From positions 333,312,001 through 333,376,000 of the forward strand of contig OZ024740.1 of assembly GCA_964016885.1 (NCBI GenBank): 64,000 bases of DNA, written 5' to 3'. The first letter of the stretch is position 1; each line of letters begins with the position of its first letter. Made by a program: the position numbers and the translations under genes. The notes below the pieces were generated by a model. The model had not been told where the DNA came from. It saw only the letters and a program-made list of their open reading frames with translations, and searched no databases. Below are positions 49,218 through 62,789 of the stretch, piece after piece. This DNA comes from Eledone cirrhosa. Its lineage: Eukaryota.

Positions 49218-52200
49218 GGCTACCTACGTAGTAAATCGTATCATCGTGAGCTCCGCAAAGGTTTGTTATTTTCAGTTATTTAAAATTGCCATTCATGGAA
49301 AATTTTTATTGTTAACTGTATATAACTGCACATACATTGATATCTGGAAAGGACACTCAAAAATATTGGGGCCTTGAGCCCAAAATTTAAACTTTTTATA
49401 ATAATCAAACAAAAATTTCCTTTGACAAATAATGGATTACTCAGAGTCACTCCTTCCTCACAATCCAACACCTCACACCGACACCACCATTGTAAATATA
49501 GCTACGTTTGCCAACACTGAAATTGTAAGCAGTAGCAATATTTTTAATTTGTCTCAGGCAGACGTTCATTTCCCGCCATTACCAATGACTGCAGGTGTTA
49601 AAGCCGCCACCACCACCACCGCGACAACCATCACCACCACCACAGCGACAACAGAAACAAAAGAAAAAAATAAATTAACTCATGATATCGAAATGAATTC
49701 AACCAAAATGAATTCTTCCACACCGAACACCACTGACGCCACCACCACCACAACTGAAACTAAAATTAACAATAGCAAAAATAACGAAAATAACAACAGC
49801 AACAATGAAATTAAGAAAACTACTCTGAGTTTTGCCAGAGTAGCAAAAACGTGCGAAGCGATCCAGGTAACTCAGGAAGAATTAGGCGAAGCCAAAGGAA
49901 TGGTAAAGAAAGATGGGTACAGGGTCAGCCTCACCCCTCCCACCTAATAAAATGGAGCAACGTCGCCTATGCACGGTCTCTTATCGGACAATAAACATAA
50001 AATCGCGCCGAGTGGAACGGGCATCTGAGTCCCAAATCCAAAAACTTTGGGACATGTGTGGGCAAAAAAACCCGACATCAGACGTGGGCAGAAGTATGGA
50101 ACCGTGGGCGTGTTCTTTGAAACATCACAGGAGGCCAGAGAACACTCCATGGCCCCATTAAGAAGTGACGACTTCACACTCATCCCAAGCTGTTGTGGCC
50201 AGAGACTTGTGAAGATCAGGGTGACCCACGTTCCACCGGCCATCAAAATTCCCTGGCTAATGGCTGCCGTCCTCGCCGGCATCGAGGCCAACACCAAAAT
50301 AATAGAAATTGCAAAAGAAAAGCAGGAGAACTGGTCCGGATCTGGGATGGAGCTCCTGATACAAGCGGACCATAAAAGCCTTGAGGAGATCCCCGAGGTA
50401 ATAGACCTCACTGACGGCAGCCACCTCACCGTAATCGTCGAGGGCAGAAGACCTTGGTGTGCCGTTTGTGGTGAAGGACCGCACCTAAGGGCTTTCTGGG
50501 CTCAGGCTAAAAGGTTGAGGCCACCTCTCTTACCCACCCCAGTGACTCAACCATCAACACCACCAGCAGCAGAAATAGCAGCAACAACTGTAGCAGCAAC
50601 AACAGAAGCAACTGTACCAGCAACAACCACAGCAACAGTAGCAAAACCAACACCACCACCCCCAACGCCCCAGAACTAGCACCAGCGCCTACACCATCCA
50701 CCACGCCACAGCCAAAAGCAACGCCTGTGGAGGATTTTCCACTCCCCAGATCATCGCAACTGGAGACAGATTGTGACGACGAGGAGTGGGAAACGGTATC
50801 AGGAAAAAGAAAAAAAAGAAACCAAAAATGAAAATATTATCTTTTTTTCCCCGTCAAAAAACAAAATACAGAAGAAACAAATAAATTATCGAACAAGAAA
50901 GTTAAGACAGATATGCCACCATTCACACCAGCATCACCAACCCCATCACCACAAACAGCAACACCATCACCATCATTAACCCCAACACCACCATCACCAA
51001 CACCACAAAAGTCACCAAAAAGCGTAACAGAAACAAACCCACAACAAACCCAAACAAAACAAAACAACGAAAACGATACACACTACACAGCATTAAATTT
51101 GAACAACAACCAATTATTACACTACATGCAACACAACACCAGCATCACAGAAAAAGACTAGACAACAAACCAAAAGTTCACACCACCTCCACACATACAA
51201 ATCACTCGCATCACACAGAAAATGTACACAACACTAAAACAAAAATTCCCCAAAGACATCGGAGACTTCCGACAAGCACTCTCCAGGAGGATTTATAAGG
51301 ACATCCTTCCGGAGGAGCCCACAAGCAGTGAAAAGGATGGACAAACCATCCATCCTCTACGAGAAGTAAGGTAAGTGGTCTTTCCCATCTTTTCCACACC
51401 ATTTCAACATGACCTCACTCAGAATAGGCAGCATAAATGCCCGTGGCTTGGGGTCGTCATGGAAGCAGGGCCACCTGCTCAACGACCTCAGGTCACTAAA
51501 CATAGATGTAGTGGCCATCAGCGAGACCAGAATCTCCGAAGCACGGGCCTTTGCACCGATCTTCGGCGGCTACGATGTGTACGCATCTCCCAGCCGTCGG
51601 GGATCGGGGGAGGAGTTGCTGTGCTTTTTCGGAGAGGTTTGGATCTCGCCATACGGGCCATCTTCCTGGACCCAGAAGGTAAGTTGGGTGTGCTAGACGT
51701 GACCAGCGGAGACGGGCAAGCTTTCAGGCTAGTGGCCGTCTATTCCCCGACAGTAGCAGGGCGGCCTGATTTCTTCCGGCGTCTAAAGACCTTTCTTGGA
51801 ACGTTCCGCACTTTAGTGTTAGTGGGCGACTGGAACAGGATCTTAGATGCACGCTCGGATTGTGTGGGATTAGCGGATAGGGGAGGAGGGTTCAAGAGCC
51901 TCACCAACCTGCTCAGGCGTTTTGAACTGTCTGACAGGTACCGATTGGATTTCCCGAATGTGCCAATATGGACTTGGACAAATCGCATAGGGTCATCCAT
52001 ATCATATCTAGATAGAGTATTTTGTAGAGAAATAGATAGGTCTAGCATAGGCTATCCACAATTCAAGATAATCAGCTACACGGACCACAAATTCGTGATC
52101 TGTGTGCTTGTCTTAGATAGGCTTCATAGACGAGGACACGGCGTTGGAAGCTAAATGCGTCCTTACCAGCGCGCAAGGCCTACAGAGACCGGATTATCGA

Positions 52201-55035
52201 ACTAGTTAAGCGGGCGTTGACGGTGCCATCGTCAACAACAAGTGGTGGTTTGCTCTGAAAAGAGCGATTAGAATAGAATCCATTAGGTTTAGTAAGGCTT
52301 TAGCAATAGAGAAAAATAGAGCAGAGGGAGAACTAGTTAGAAAATTAGATGAGGCGCTTAGCAAAGGCATCGCGAATGACGTACTTGCGGCGAAATTGGC
52401 CCTTGACCAATTCTTCAATGCAAAGCACGAAGGCTGCGTTGTCAGAGCTAGAGTGCGTGCTCTCAGACACGAGGGGACGAAAGCCGTTCAATGGGCCCGA
52501 GTGGCGGAGGCGCGTCGTGGCGACAAAGCCACGATCCGGTCTTTGGTGGACCACGAGGGGCGCATACTACTCGATCCCGGGAAAATGTGTGAAGCTTTTC
52601 AGCGACACTTCGCTCAGTTGTTCGGGGGAAGCGGCGGGCCGGATCGAGGGATGGACTTTAGTGTCTACCTCGACGGACTGCCGCGGCTCTCGGCCACTGA
52701 GGCGGAGTGTTGCGAAAAGCCGATAACAGCCGCTGAAGTACGGGAGGCAATGACTAGCTGCACAAGAGGTAAATCGCCTGGTTTGGATTGTCTGCCCTAT
52801 GAACTTTACGTACAGATGCCAGACTTGTTCGGAGGCCTCTTGGCGGACGTCTACTGCAACTGGCAACAGAACGGGAGAATTTCCCAGCTCTGATTGCCGA
52901 GGAGCTGTGGCGCTGCTGAGAAAGGATCCGAAAAAGGGGGATAACATAGATAATTTTAGGCCCATATCTCTGCTAAACACAGAGTTCAAGATTTTGGCCA
53001 AGGTGCTAGCAAAGAGGTTGGCGCTTTTCGTTGGTGGTCTGGTGGGAGAGGCGCAGACATGCGCCATTCCCGACAGACCCATCCACGACAACCTCCACCT
53101 CATGCGATACATCGTAGAGAGGGTAGCTAGGGAACCTGGCACGGGTGGGTCCTTGATCAATTTAGATCAGTCGAAAGCTTTCGATAGGGTCGACCATCGT
53201 TACCTAGCGGCAGTCCTGAGGGCGGCTGGCTTTTAGCCCGTCTTCAGAGGCTGGATCGCTGCCATGCACAGCGACATCTGCTCTGTGGTGAGAGTGAACG
53301 GTCACCTTTCGGAACCGTTCAACATCATGCGCTCGGTTTGCCAAGGATGTCCCCTCTCGTCCCACTTGTACGTATTAACTCTCGAGCCATTACTGCACAA
53401 ACTGGAGACGTTGAGGGGAGTCCCGCGCGAACTAGGATGCGGAAGATCCGTGTCAGCATATGCAGACGATGTCACCGTATTGGTGTCGAACGCCAAACAC
53501 ACAGAGCCGATCGGCACTACACTAAAAGTATACGATCAATGATCAACCAGGAAAAGTCAGTGGGCCTGCAGCCCGGCACCTGGAGAGGCAGGTCCATGCC
53601 GTCCAACAGCGTCGTCGGGCGCTGGACAGACGGACCAGTTAAATTACTCGGGGTTTGGTTCGGTCCGGACCTCAAGACGGACAAAAACTGGTACGAGGTG
53701 ACGAGCAGGGTGGCTTCTCTAACCCAGAAATGGGACGAGAGGAAGCTATCCCTGAAAGCTCTAGCGGAGGTGACTAACGCGTATATCGCGGCCGTCATCT
53801 ACTACCGCCTGACCGTCGTACCTTGTCCTAATCCCCGCCTGACTGAGCTGGAGCGTTTGCTCTTTTGCTTTTTGTGAAAGGGACGCACTCCGATGGTCAG
53901 GCGGTCCATCTGCTGTCAACACCCGCTACGTGGAGGGCTGGGAATCCGTGGCTGATGACGCGCAGACACGCGTTCAGGCTATGACATCTCCACCTCTTCC
54001 TCGACGGTGATCAGGTGTGGTCTCCGTTTATTAGACGCGTCTTTCCCCAGCTTGTTTCTTTGACGGAGCTGCAGTCCTGGGTCAAGCGAAGACCGAGAAG
54101 GAGCGCTTGGAGACTGGAATGTGTTCAGGCGCTCACATCCCTCGACCAATCGGGCAATGTGATCGGTGGAAACTCCACCTTGGCGTTCTATAGAGGATTA
54201 GTGGAGGGGAAGAGCGACGACGTACTTGGGGAAACTCTAGGCGTCGACGAAATTCAACTAGCCAATCTCTTCGGAAGAACTGTCGGGCCAGGGCCTATGG
54301 ACAACTTCCAGAAATCCCTGGCCTGGCAGTGCTACCGAGGAGCTTTGCCAGTTCGGGATAAACTCAACAGGCATGGAGGTGCCGTCAGCCGGGCATGTCC
54401 GAGATTGGCGCAGGGCGACGAAACCGCCCTGCACGCACTCGTCCAGTGTCCGGGCATTGCTGACTTGTGGGTTTATGTCGAACACCTGCTGTCGCGTGTA
54501 GGACGGATCCAGCTATAAGCTGAGTCCATCGTGAGGATTGCCCCGCCCTCTTCCTTTAGCCGAGAAGGGCAGGCAGTTTTTATCTGTCTGGTGGCCATGG
54601 CGAAAGAGATAGTTTTTGGACACGTTTGAAAGGGCTGAAGACGAGCACTTAACTCTTCGGTGATGCCCTGATTAACTTTTTCAAATTTCAATTGAAAAGG
54701 AAAATCAGGGTAGAAAGGGAAGTGCTCTCTTCCCAGCATTTTGTTGAAAGATGAGTGAGAGAGGCAAGAATGGCCCGAGTGAATGGGCCTACTCTGAGTA
54801 TGTGTCTGTAAATTAAAGGTGGAAAACTGGGAGAGGGCACTTGCCCTGGTGGTCAGGGTCAATGTGGTCTTTTAATGGGCTTTCTCCACAAATGTCCCTC
54901 GGAAGTCTCCCCCCTACTGGGGAATTTTTCTTTGTTTTTTTTACACGCAGAAAAGCCCATTTGTACCGTCCTGTATTGTCCTGTACTGTTCTTAATGTCT
55001 ACTTTATGTACACCCTTGTGGTTAATAAAGAAAAC
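49218..55035 (+). mobile_element. Tx1/L1-clade element, apparently full length, decayed (copy 3)
   Basis: ORF1 from 49432 (CAVCGEGPH knuckle). ORF2 from 51409: LRIGSINARGL, VGDWN, YLDR, TDHK, FRPISLLN, DQSKAFD, QGCPLS, YADD. (ATT)n at both ends. Confidence 0.92.
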
Positions 55036-55080
55036 ATTATTATTATTATTATCATCATTATTATTATTATTATTATTGTT

Positions 55081-55645
55081 CTTTGAGGCTCAGTCATTGA
55101 TGTTATTCAACTGGAAAGTTTGTTGAAATAAATATCAAGCCACTACCTGCAGCCTCAGATATTCAGGACGTATTGGAGCGTTCTTGCTGTTCCCCGCAAG
55201 CATGCCTTTTGAACTGTTCCAAAAAGCAGGGCGGAACCAATTTTCTTTAACCATCCTTGGAAACTCTTTGAGATAGTATCTAGTACGCCTATGACATCGG
55301 AACCACTTGACTTCATGGCAGTTCCAAATCCTTTTTACCTCCCACTCTAAGTCCTGGTATCGGTTAATTTTCTCCCTCTCCTTCTCTTGCACTCTCGTGT
55401 GGCAGGCTACAACCACAATCAGGCATGACCTTTTTTTCCTTTTCCAAAACCACCAGGTCAGGTCTATTGTGTTCCAGTTTCTTGTCCGTCTGTATCCTAA
55501 AATCCCACAGCACCATCACCTGATCGTTCTCTATGACCGAGTCTGGCTTATGCTCATACCACTTCTCAGAATGTGGTAAATAGTTTACTTTGCATAGGTG
55601 CCAGTGGATCACCCTAATCATCCCATCATATCTCCAGCCTTTATA
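55081..55645 (-). mobile_element. Dong 3' fragment (second subfamily)
   Basis: HNRPDLVVL, EKINRYQDL and Dong 3' UTR next to (TAA)n. Confidence 0.88.
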
Positions 55646-55735
55646 ATGCTCGGTGTGTTTGTAAGCAAACATCCCGTATTAAGCAGTAGTATCCAGCAAC
55701 CATCGTTGCTCGTTTGTTCAACACTGACAAAGGAA

Positions 55736-55776
55736 CGCTGTACTAGTTTCAAGCTTATTAGCTATCGTCAGCAACG
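55736..55776 (-). ncRNA. Minimal type I hammerhead ribozyme (subfamily 2)
   Basis: CGUUG-CUGACGA-U-AGCU-AAUA-AGCU-U-GAA-ACUAGU-A-CAGCG. Confidence 0.85.
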
Positions 55777-56154
55777 AATACCTTGCTGCCAGATTGTTGA
55801 ACGTATATACTTACCTTATGAATACTAACGGCTGAGTAGCCCAATTTGCATATCGAGTGGGTTAATCGGCGGGGTGCACCGAAAACGATAAACGAAAAAA
55901 ATGAAACAAAATTTCATTTCCCACTCTTTGTACGGCTGTTACTTAAATATAAGTATGTACACGTACTTTCATATATGTATACAGACGTACAGTATTATGT
56001 ATATATATATACATACATGCACACATATATATATGTCCGTATGGATTCACGAACATTTATTATAATGTTCGGTGTGTTTGTAAACAAACATCTCGTATTA
56101 AGCTGTAGTGTCCAGCAACGATCGTTGCTCGTTTGTTCAACACTGACAAAGGAA

Positions 56155-56195
56155 CGCTGTACTAGTTTCAAGCTTATTAGCTATCGTCAGCAACG
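56155..56195 (-). ncRNA. Minimal type I hammerhead ribozyme (subfamily 2)
   Basis: Same motif 419 bp away. Confidence 0.85.
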
Positions 56196-56503
56196 TATAC
56201 CTTCCTGCCAGATTGTTGAACGTATATACTTACCTTATGCATATTAACGGCTGAGTAGCCCAATTTGCATATCGAGTGGGTTAATCGGCGGGGTGCACCG
56301 AAAACGATGAACGGAAAAAATGAAACGAAATTTCATTTCCCACTCTTAGTACGGCTGTTACTTAAATATGAGTATGTACACGTACATACATATATGTATA
56401 CAGACGTACAGTAGTATGTATATATACATACATGCACACATACATATATGTACGTATGGATTCACCGAACATTTATTATAATGTTCGGTGTGTTTGTAAA
56501 CAA

Positions 56504-56554
<51 letters not shown>

Positions 56555-56665
56555 TAAAAATGCATGTGTGTGTATGTGTGTGTGTGCGTGTGTATATATA
56601 TGTGTGTGTGTGTGTGTATGTGTGTGTGTTCGTGCCCTATTATTGCTGTACTATCTCTTACCATA

Positions 56666-57600
56666 CAGCGTGGTTACAAAAGATAATGCCCCTGACCAGT
56701 TTTCTGGGTGAATCACTACAACAAATGTGGTCTCGGAAAAATTTCATCCACATTTGGGAACGGAAAAATCCTTTTTCAAAACCAATATACAAAAGTGGGT
56801 GGGGAACTTTCCGACCAATGGGACAATGGAGAACTTCAATACAATGGTTGAGCACATTCCTAACTATTCTGGATTACCTAGGAAGCGTTCGCGGGACGTT
56901 ATTGTCATGGTTTTAATGTCTGTTGATCACAGTCGAAAGGAACCGCTGCGCAGTAGCATATAATTGGGCCTCCGCAGGGAAACCCGCAGAAGGGTTAAGA
57001 ATCAGAAATTTAAGAAGTATCTCTCGAGAATACTGAATAAACAAAAGCATACTCTTGATGATAAAACGAATGGAAAATATATGGCTGAGAAATCTCTGGA
57101 GAAGATAGAAAGCAGCTCAAGTGTTCTGAATCTGCTGTGAACCTCTGATGAAGCACAATTTCATTTATAGCGGACGATCAACTTTAAGAACAGTGTGTTA
57201 TGAGGGTCAGAGAAACCAACTGAAGTCACTGTGAAACCTATCCCTTCGGCTCCCTTAGACCGCCATTACTGATGTAGGATTGATTGGCCCAAACTGTGTG
57301 GATGAAATTGTTGTCACAACCACAATCTCACAGGAATTCTATGTGTGGGACTTGGAAAACATCCAAAAGGAGCAATACAAATATTCTCCCATGTTTGATA
57401 AAAATGTAAAGGTTCCAGCAAGAGAGAACTGGATGGATCGTGAAATTAACGGAGAAATAACTTTAGAAATCGTGTGGTCAGTTTGAAGACCGATTTTGAA
57501 TGAGCCACACAGGCCTGATTTAATCCATCCAGATTTCGTTTCTTATGGCTGTCTGAAAGATAGGGTGTATGTAAAAACCCCAGGAACATCTATCAGCTAG
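56666..57600 (+). mobile_element. Degenerate Tc1/mariner transposon relic
   Basis: TA|CAGCGTG start. TSDEAQFHL (~57140) and PHRPDLIHPDFVSYGCLKDRVY (~57505-57570) resemble SDEA.FHL and PRSPDLTP.DF.LWG.LKDRVY. Confidence 0.7.
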
Positions 57601-57977
57601 GTCTGTAAATCTACAGTGGGCCGAAAAATTCAATACATTGATTCCAATTGGTCACTTGGAACATGTGATGTAACTCTCCACAAAAGCGTAGTAAATTTGT
57701 TATTAATGGTTGCATCTAAATGTATAGGATTTTATAAAACAATGAATAGTATAGGTAAATGTAATGGTGCAGTTTTATTTAGTTCCCCTGTAATACGGAT
57801 ATTCGCGAAGACTTCATACCACTATATATTCTCGTCTAAAATAATTAGAAAATAAATCTCCCTTATTTACCTAATTTCAAAATTGTTATCACACTCTAAA
57901 TAGTCTAAGAACATTTAACTCACTATATAATACATATGTGCACTCATACCCCCACACATTACGTCTTCATATATGGC

Positions 57978-58018
<41 letters not shown>

Positions 58019-59464
58019 ATAATTCTCTCTATATATAGACATATATGTATGTATGTTTTTGCCACTCTCTATACATATTTGACTGTAGCTTCATTCGTGA
58101 GCGTGTGCATGTACTTTACTGATTAAATTTATATTCATATTTGTCTGTGAGTATGGCTAAATGAATTAAACTTGACGAATTTTCATTCCAAATTATTTTC
58201 CAGAGAAAAATCTATTCAGAAGCAGCTGTGTTGTTACGCCAATGAATATATATTGGATACACAATGATCTTACCAAGATAGGTTATCTCTTTTCAATATG
58301 CTTTTTCACAATAGGGTGAATGTACGCAGCATGTTTTGCCAATCGATTTTATAACTGAGACTTAATTACCGAATATCTCATTGTTGTCAATAACTGTATG
58401 CTATGCATATATGCTCGCATTTCAAAATATACGTACAGATTATAGTTTAAAAGTTACTTTATTTATATATAATAGAGTATATGGAAAAAGAATATCTTAT
58501 TTTATTTATTATATTCCTTCGTCACATTACCCTCGCCAATTATATGCTGAAATATGCTATATTTCATATAATATGAAAAAGTTCAGTATATTGCATTTTG
58601 CTTACATTAGCTATTTTCGATCGGGGACATGTTCCCTACTCACGAATGAAATTTGTTATATTATATGAATGATACCACTCGAAAATGTTGAAATATTTAC
58701 AATATAAACCTGTATATTTGTGATTAACTGAAGAATCAATGAATTCATACCAAAGCGAATATAATTTACGAAAGAGAATACACATGTGTGGATACACTAA
58801 TAAATTATTTTACCATCAAAGTAGCTAATGTAATGTTGCACATTTTACAAGCATCCTTGTCAAATATACTATATTAAATTACTATGAATATTGAATAGAT
58901 AGAGGAATAAATGAATGAAATTCGCTAGTCTAATTAACGAAATTATTATTTCAATAAAGCTTCCAGTGTGTTCATGCAATGCACACATTGTCACGAATTA
59001 TGTAAGTCGTCTGCCAATGCACCAAGATTTAACGCTTCCGGATGAACAATATGTGTGATATCTGTGAATTAATTTTCTTCATATATGACTTAGAATGTTG
59101 GATTTAGCTCTGAAATTGACATTATAATTGATTCTATTTCCATACAGAATTGTACTCACAGTTTAACATCATTCACTGTAAACTATGTTCCATATATTAA
59201 ACTATAAAACTGAAAGTTGTTGATGATTACCTATACATAATATAAATATATATTTGATACACGTAATCGGATAATATATGAAATTCCTGTTTACGTTCTC
59301 CTAATTTTCCAAATTTATGTCAAAACTCATCACGTTTCGGAAGCAAAGAGATTCTAAATTCTACAATTGACTTAATCAGTATTTATGCAAGCCAATATAT
59401 GTGTTTGTAAATATAAGTGTCTGTCTATATATACGCCACATCCATAAAAAGAAATATGGGCGAC

Positions 59465-59509
<45 letters not shown>

Positions 59510-59617
59510 CAAGTATATTAATGTGCACAGACACGCCGATATACTGCTCTTGGTATGACGGTGCGGTTTTAGCTCGAGGTAGGATTACTAGTATACTACA
59601 GAGCCGTTAAAAGTTTA

Positions 59618-59995
59618 GGAATAACCAAAGAGTGCTTAGAAATATATTTTTTTATTTGCTTTCTTACAGTGTTTCATCCATACCCTATGTAATGTAACAT
59701 CAGAGCTTATAAACAAAAATATATCAAAGGTTGCACGCTCCATCGAGATCAGTCACCAGAACAAGGATAAAGGACAAGTCCCAAGGCCAGCGCTATATAG
59801 AAAAACACACAATACATGACGCATATAAGTCATAAAAAATTACATCAAAACTTTATCACACAAATGTGAACAGTGTATTTCTAAGCACTCTTTGGTTATT
59901 CCAGAATCTGATAAGCAGATCGAGAATGGATTCGGGTCCATAAATTCTATGGGTTACCTTCAGACAATACTCTGCGAAACGCACTAAACATTTTG
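59618..59995 (+). repeat. Perfect 27-bp inverted repeat (59618-59644 / 59876-59902) followed by a decayed hammerhead-like motif
   Basis: The inverted repeat is seen directly, followed by CUGAUAA-GCAGA...UCUGC-GAAAC without a good stem III. Confidence 0.55.
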
Positions 59996-60051
59996 ATACA
60001 CAATAACAATCTAACTCCATGTGAAAGAAGCTTCTTCGTTTTCTTTAATAA

Positions 60052-60083
<32 letters not shown>

Positions 60084-60338
60084 GTATATATATATGTATA
60101 TATATGTATATAAATATACATATGGATATATATATATGTATATATATATCTATATATATATACATACATATATATATATGACATAGCTATAAAATTGAGG
60201 CTTGTTTGTATAATTGCAAACGAATCGAATGTTATTATTATTATTGGCCTTGTGCCAAAAAGTAGAAACAGTTATTATTATTATTCGAAAACTCAGATTT
60301 CATTTATTGTATTCAGCCATGTAGAGCGAAATTTTCTT

Positions 60339-60370
<32 letters not shown>

Positions 60371-60571
60371 TATATACATATATACATATGGAGGGCGTAT
60401 ATATATATATATGTGTGTGGGGGGTGTACGTTCCACATTCATGCATCACTGTTTTGCCATTTTCATAACGAAGCGTTTTTGCTGTCGAGATCTTGACTCA
60501 GGGTTATACAGGAAAGTCAACTCTTCAATATCGCCATACAAACATTTCTCCGAACTCAAAACGTACTAAAG

Positions 60572-61211
60572 CAGGGGTTCACAACCCTTTTGTCGTTATC
60601 GCCCACTTTTCCACACACAAAAATTCCCATCGCCCACATAAAGCATTATTCAGAACGGTTGCTTAAAAAATGAAATATTGCAAAATGAGCTTTCGGAGTT
60701 GAAACGTTATTCAGAAGAATGAAGTTTTTGATTGATAAATGTTTCTCAGTGTTTACCGGAGGCATCAGGGAAGTTAAAATTCGAAAAAAGAATTCATAGT
60801 GGCGCAATCGGCGAAGGCAGAAATTCACGATGCGCGGCAACAGCAGTGTTAACACGTTTTGCCGTTGGTTTTGCGTCATCACCTGTTTTAGCTTACCGAT
60901 GCACGCTGATGTGTGCGCGTTCAATGCGAGATGTCCATATCAGCTGTTCGGCAACCGTAAAGTGTAGACATAAATCAGTTGAAAACAGATTCATTACAGT
61001 CATACAGCTGGATACTACTTCCTTAGTCTAGACTAGGGAAGAGCGAATCCGAGCTCTGTGATTACAGCATTCCGGCCATTATATGATCAATAACATACTT
61101 AATTAACGAAAATTCTTTGTCGCCCACCAAAGTTTTAGATCGCCTACCAGTTCCTAAAGATTCGTTCATCGGCCAACCGATAGATGAAATCGCCCAGGTT
61201 GGGAAACCGTC
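60572..61211. mobile_element. Non-autonomous hAT (Charlie-like) element / MITE
   Basis: TIRs CAGGGGTTCACAACC / GGTTGGGAAACCGTC (11/15); imperfect 8-bp TSD TACTAAAG / TACTAGTG. Confidence 0.6.
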
Positions 61212-61321
61212 TACTAGTGTATAAGTAGCAGTTATATCAAATTCATTAAATTGTAATGCATTCCATTTTAACAACTTATTTTCCTCCTTGATGATCAATG
61301 TATATATTGGAAGGAAACAAT

Positions 61322-61355
<34 letters not shown>

Positions 61356-61381
61356 CACGAGGCTCACACCTGCGGTTTGAA

Positions 61382-61500
61382 GGCGTGTGGCTGAGTGGTT
61401 AGAGAATTGGGTTCACAATCTTGAGGTTGTGAGTTCGATTCCTGGACCGCGCGATGCGTTATGTCCTTCAGCAAGACACTTTATTTCACGTTGCTCCTTC
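61382..61500 (+). mobile_element. tRNA-headed CORE-type SINE (family 2), partial
   Basis: A box TGGCTGAGTGG, B box GTTCGATTCC, then CORE-like TGTCCTTCAGCAAGACACTT. Confidence 0.75.
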
Positions 61501-61594
61501 TACCTGGAGTTGCGACCGATAGATAGTACTATCAACTGGAAAGACCAACGGAAACATTGTTTCTTCGGTCCGATTTGACGAAAGTCGATCGATC

Positions 61595-61683
<89 letters not shown>

Positions 61684-62508
61684 TACATTTATATATACAA
61701 TTGTTGCCGTCCAACCAATATGTACATTGATCGTCAAGGAGGAAAATAAGTTGTTAAAATGTATGTATATATATATATACACACACATATATATATATTT
61801 ATATATATATATATAATTACACACACACACACACACACATATATGTATATACAAGTGTGTATATATATATATATACTCAATTGGGTAACAAGAGAAATTT
61901 CTTAATATATCTCGAAAATACAGGAATATATGATAAATGAAACACAATTTACACAAAGAAATAAAATAGTTAACGCAGCACTTCTAACAAAAGATTTTTA
62001 CGATATTTCATATTTCCAATGCGATGGCGTTTATTTACACTTTCAACAATAGGTTATTGTATATAATTATTGGAATTTCAAAGCAGAATACGTTGCAATC
62101 AACATTCTTATTCTGTCTTAAAATCAAAAATTGTCGTTGTGTAAAATAATAAAATATAATTCAGCGGATGCATTTCCATTTACACATATCAAATACTGGT
62201 ACGTCAAAAGACTATTTAAAAATAAATCAATGAAGAACACAGCACTTTGCAAACATTACATCAGCATATCTTCTTATGTAGCAAACTTCCATATTTCAAT
62301 CGCGTTTTCTAGTGACTGATCAATATATGTATAGTAAAATAGGCAGTTTCATGGCAATCATTAATAACGCATAAGAAAAGCATAAAATCGATAATACACC
62401 ATGTTGTGTATAGAGACAAAACATGTAGAAATATTGTTTTCAAACACAGACATCCACGCATACATTGAAACATTCATTCACACACATACTCAATGACACG
62501 TATGTATG

Positions 62509-62591
<83 letters not shown>

Positions 62592-62789
62592 GTGTGTGTG
62601 TGTGTGTGTGCGTGTGTCTGTGTGTGTCTGTGTGTGTGTGTGTCTGTACATATTCGTGTGTGTGTGGTTTTGTGTGTAATGTACTACATACCCCAATCGC
62701 AAAAGAGCATGACTTGATATATAAGCTGTAGGCGCAAGCATGCAAATATACATTCTAGATCTTATCTCATTTGATTCAGCGTAGTCTCC

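Larger units (their letters stand above)
55641..56507 (-). repeat. Diverged 419-bp retrozyme-like tandem array (~2.1 units)
   Basis: Homologous to the 472-bp unit (TTTGTTCAACACTGACA, TACTAGTTTCAAGCTT, ATTTGCATAT, GAAAACGAT). Units start at 55641, 56060 and 56476. Confidence 0.88.

Noticed and set aside
57140-57160. CTGATGA hammerhead-like core
   Set aside because: It is the S-D-E codons of the mariner transposase; no stems or GAAA.
61355-61373. 19-nt match ACACGAGGCTCACACCTGC to ~62850-62868
   Set aside because: Too short and isolated to interpret. The second copy lies inside the CRE-like coding remnant, so it is not a TSD.
61382-61455. tRNA gene
   Set aside because: The acceptor stem is poor and the sequence continues into a CORE-like domain, so it is a SINE head.
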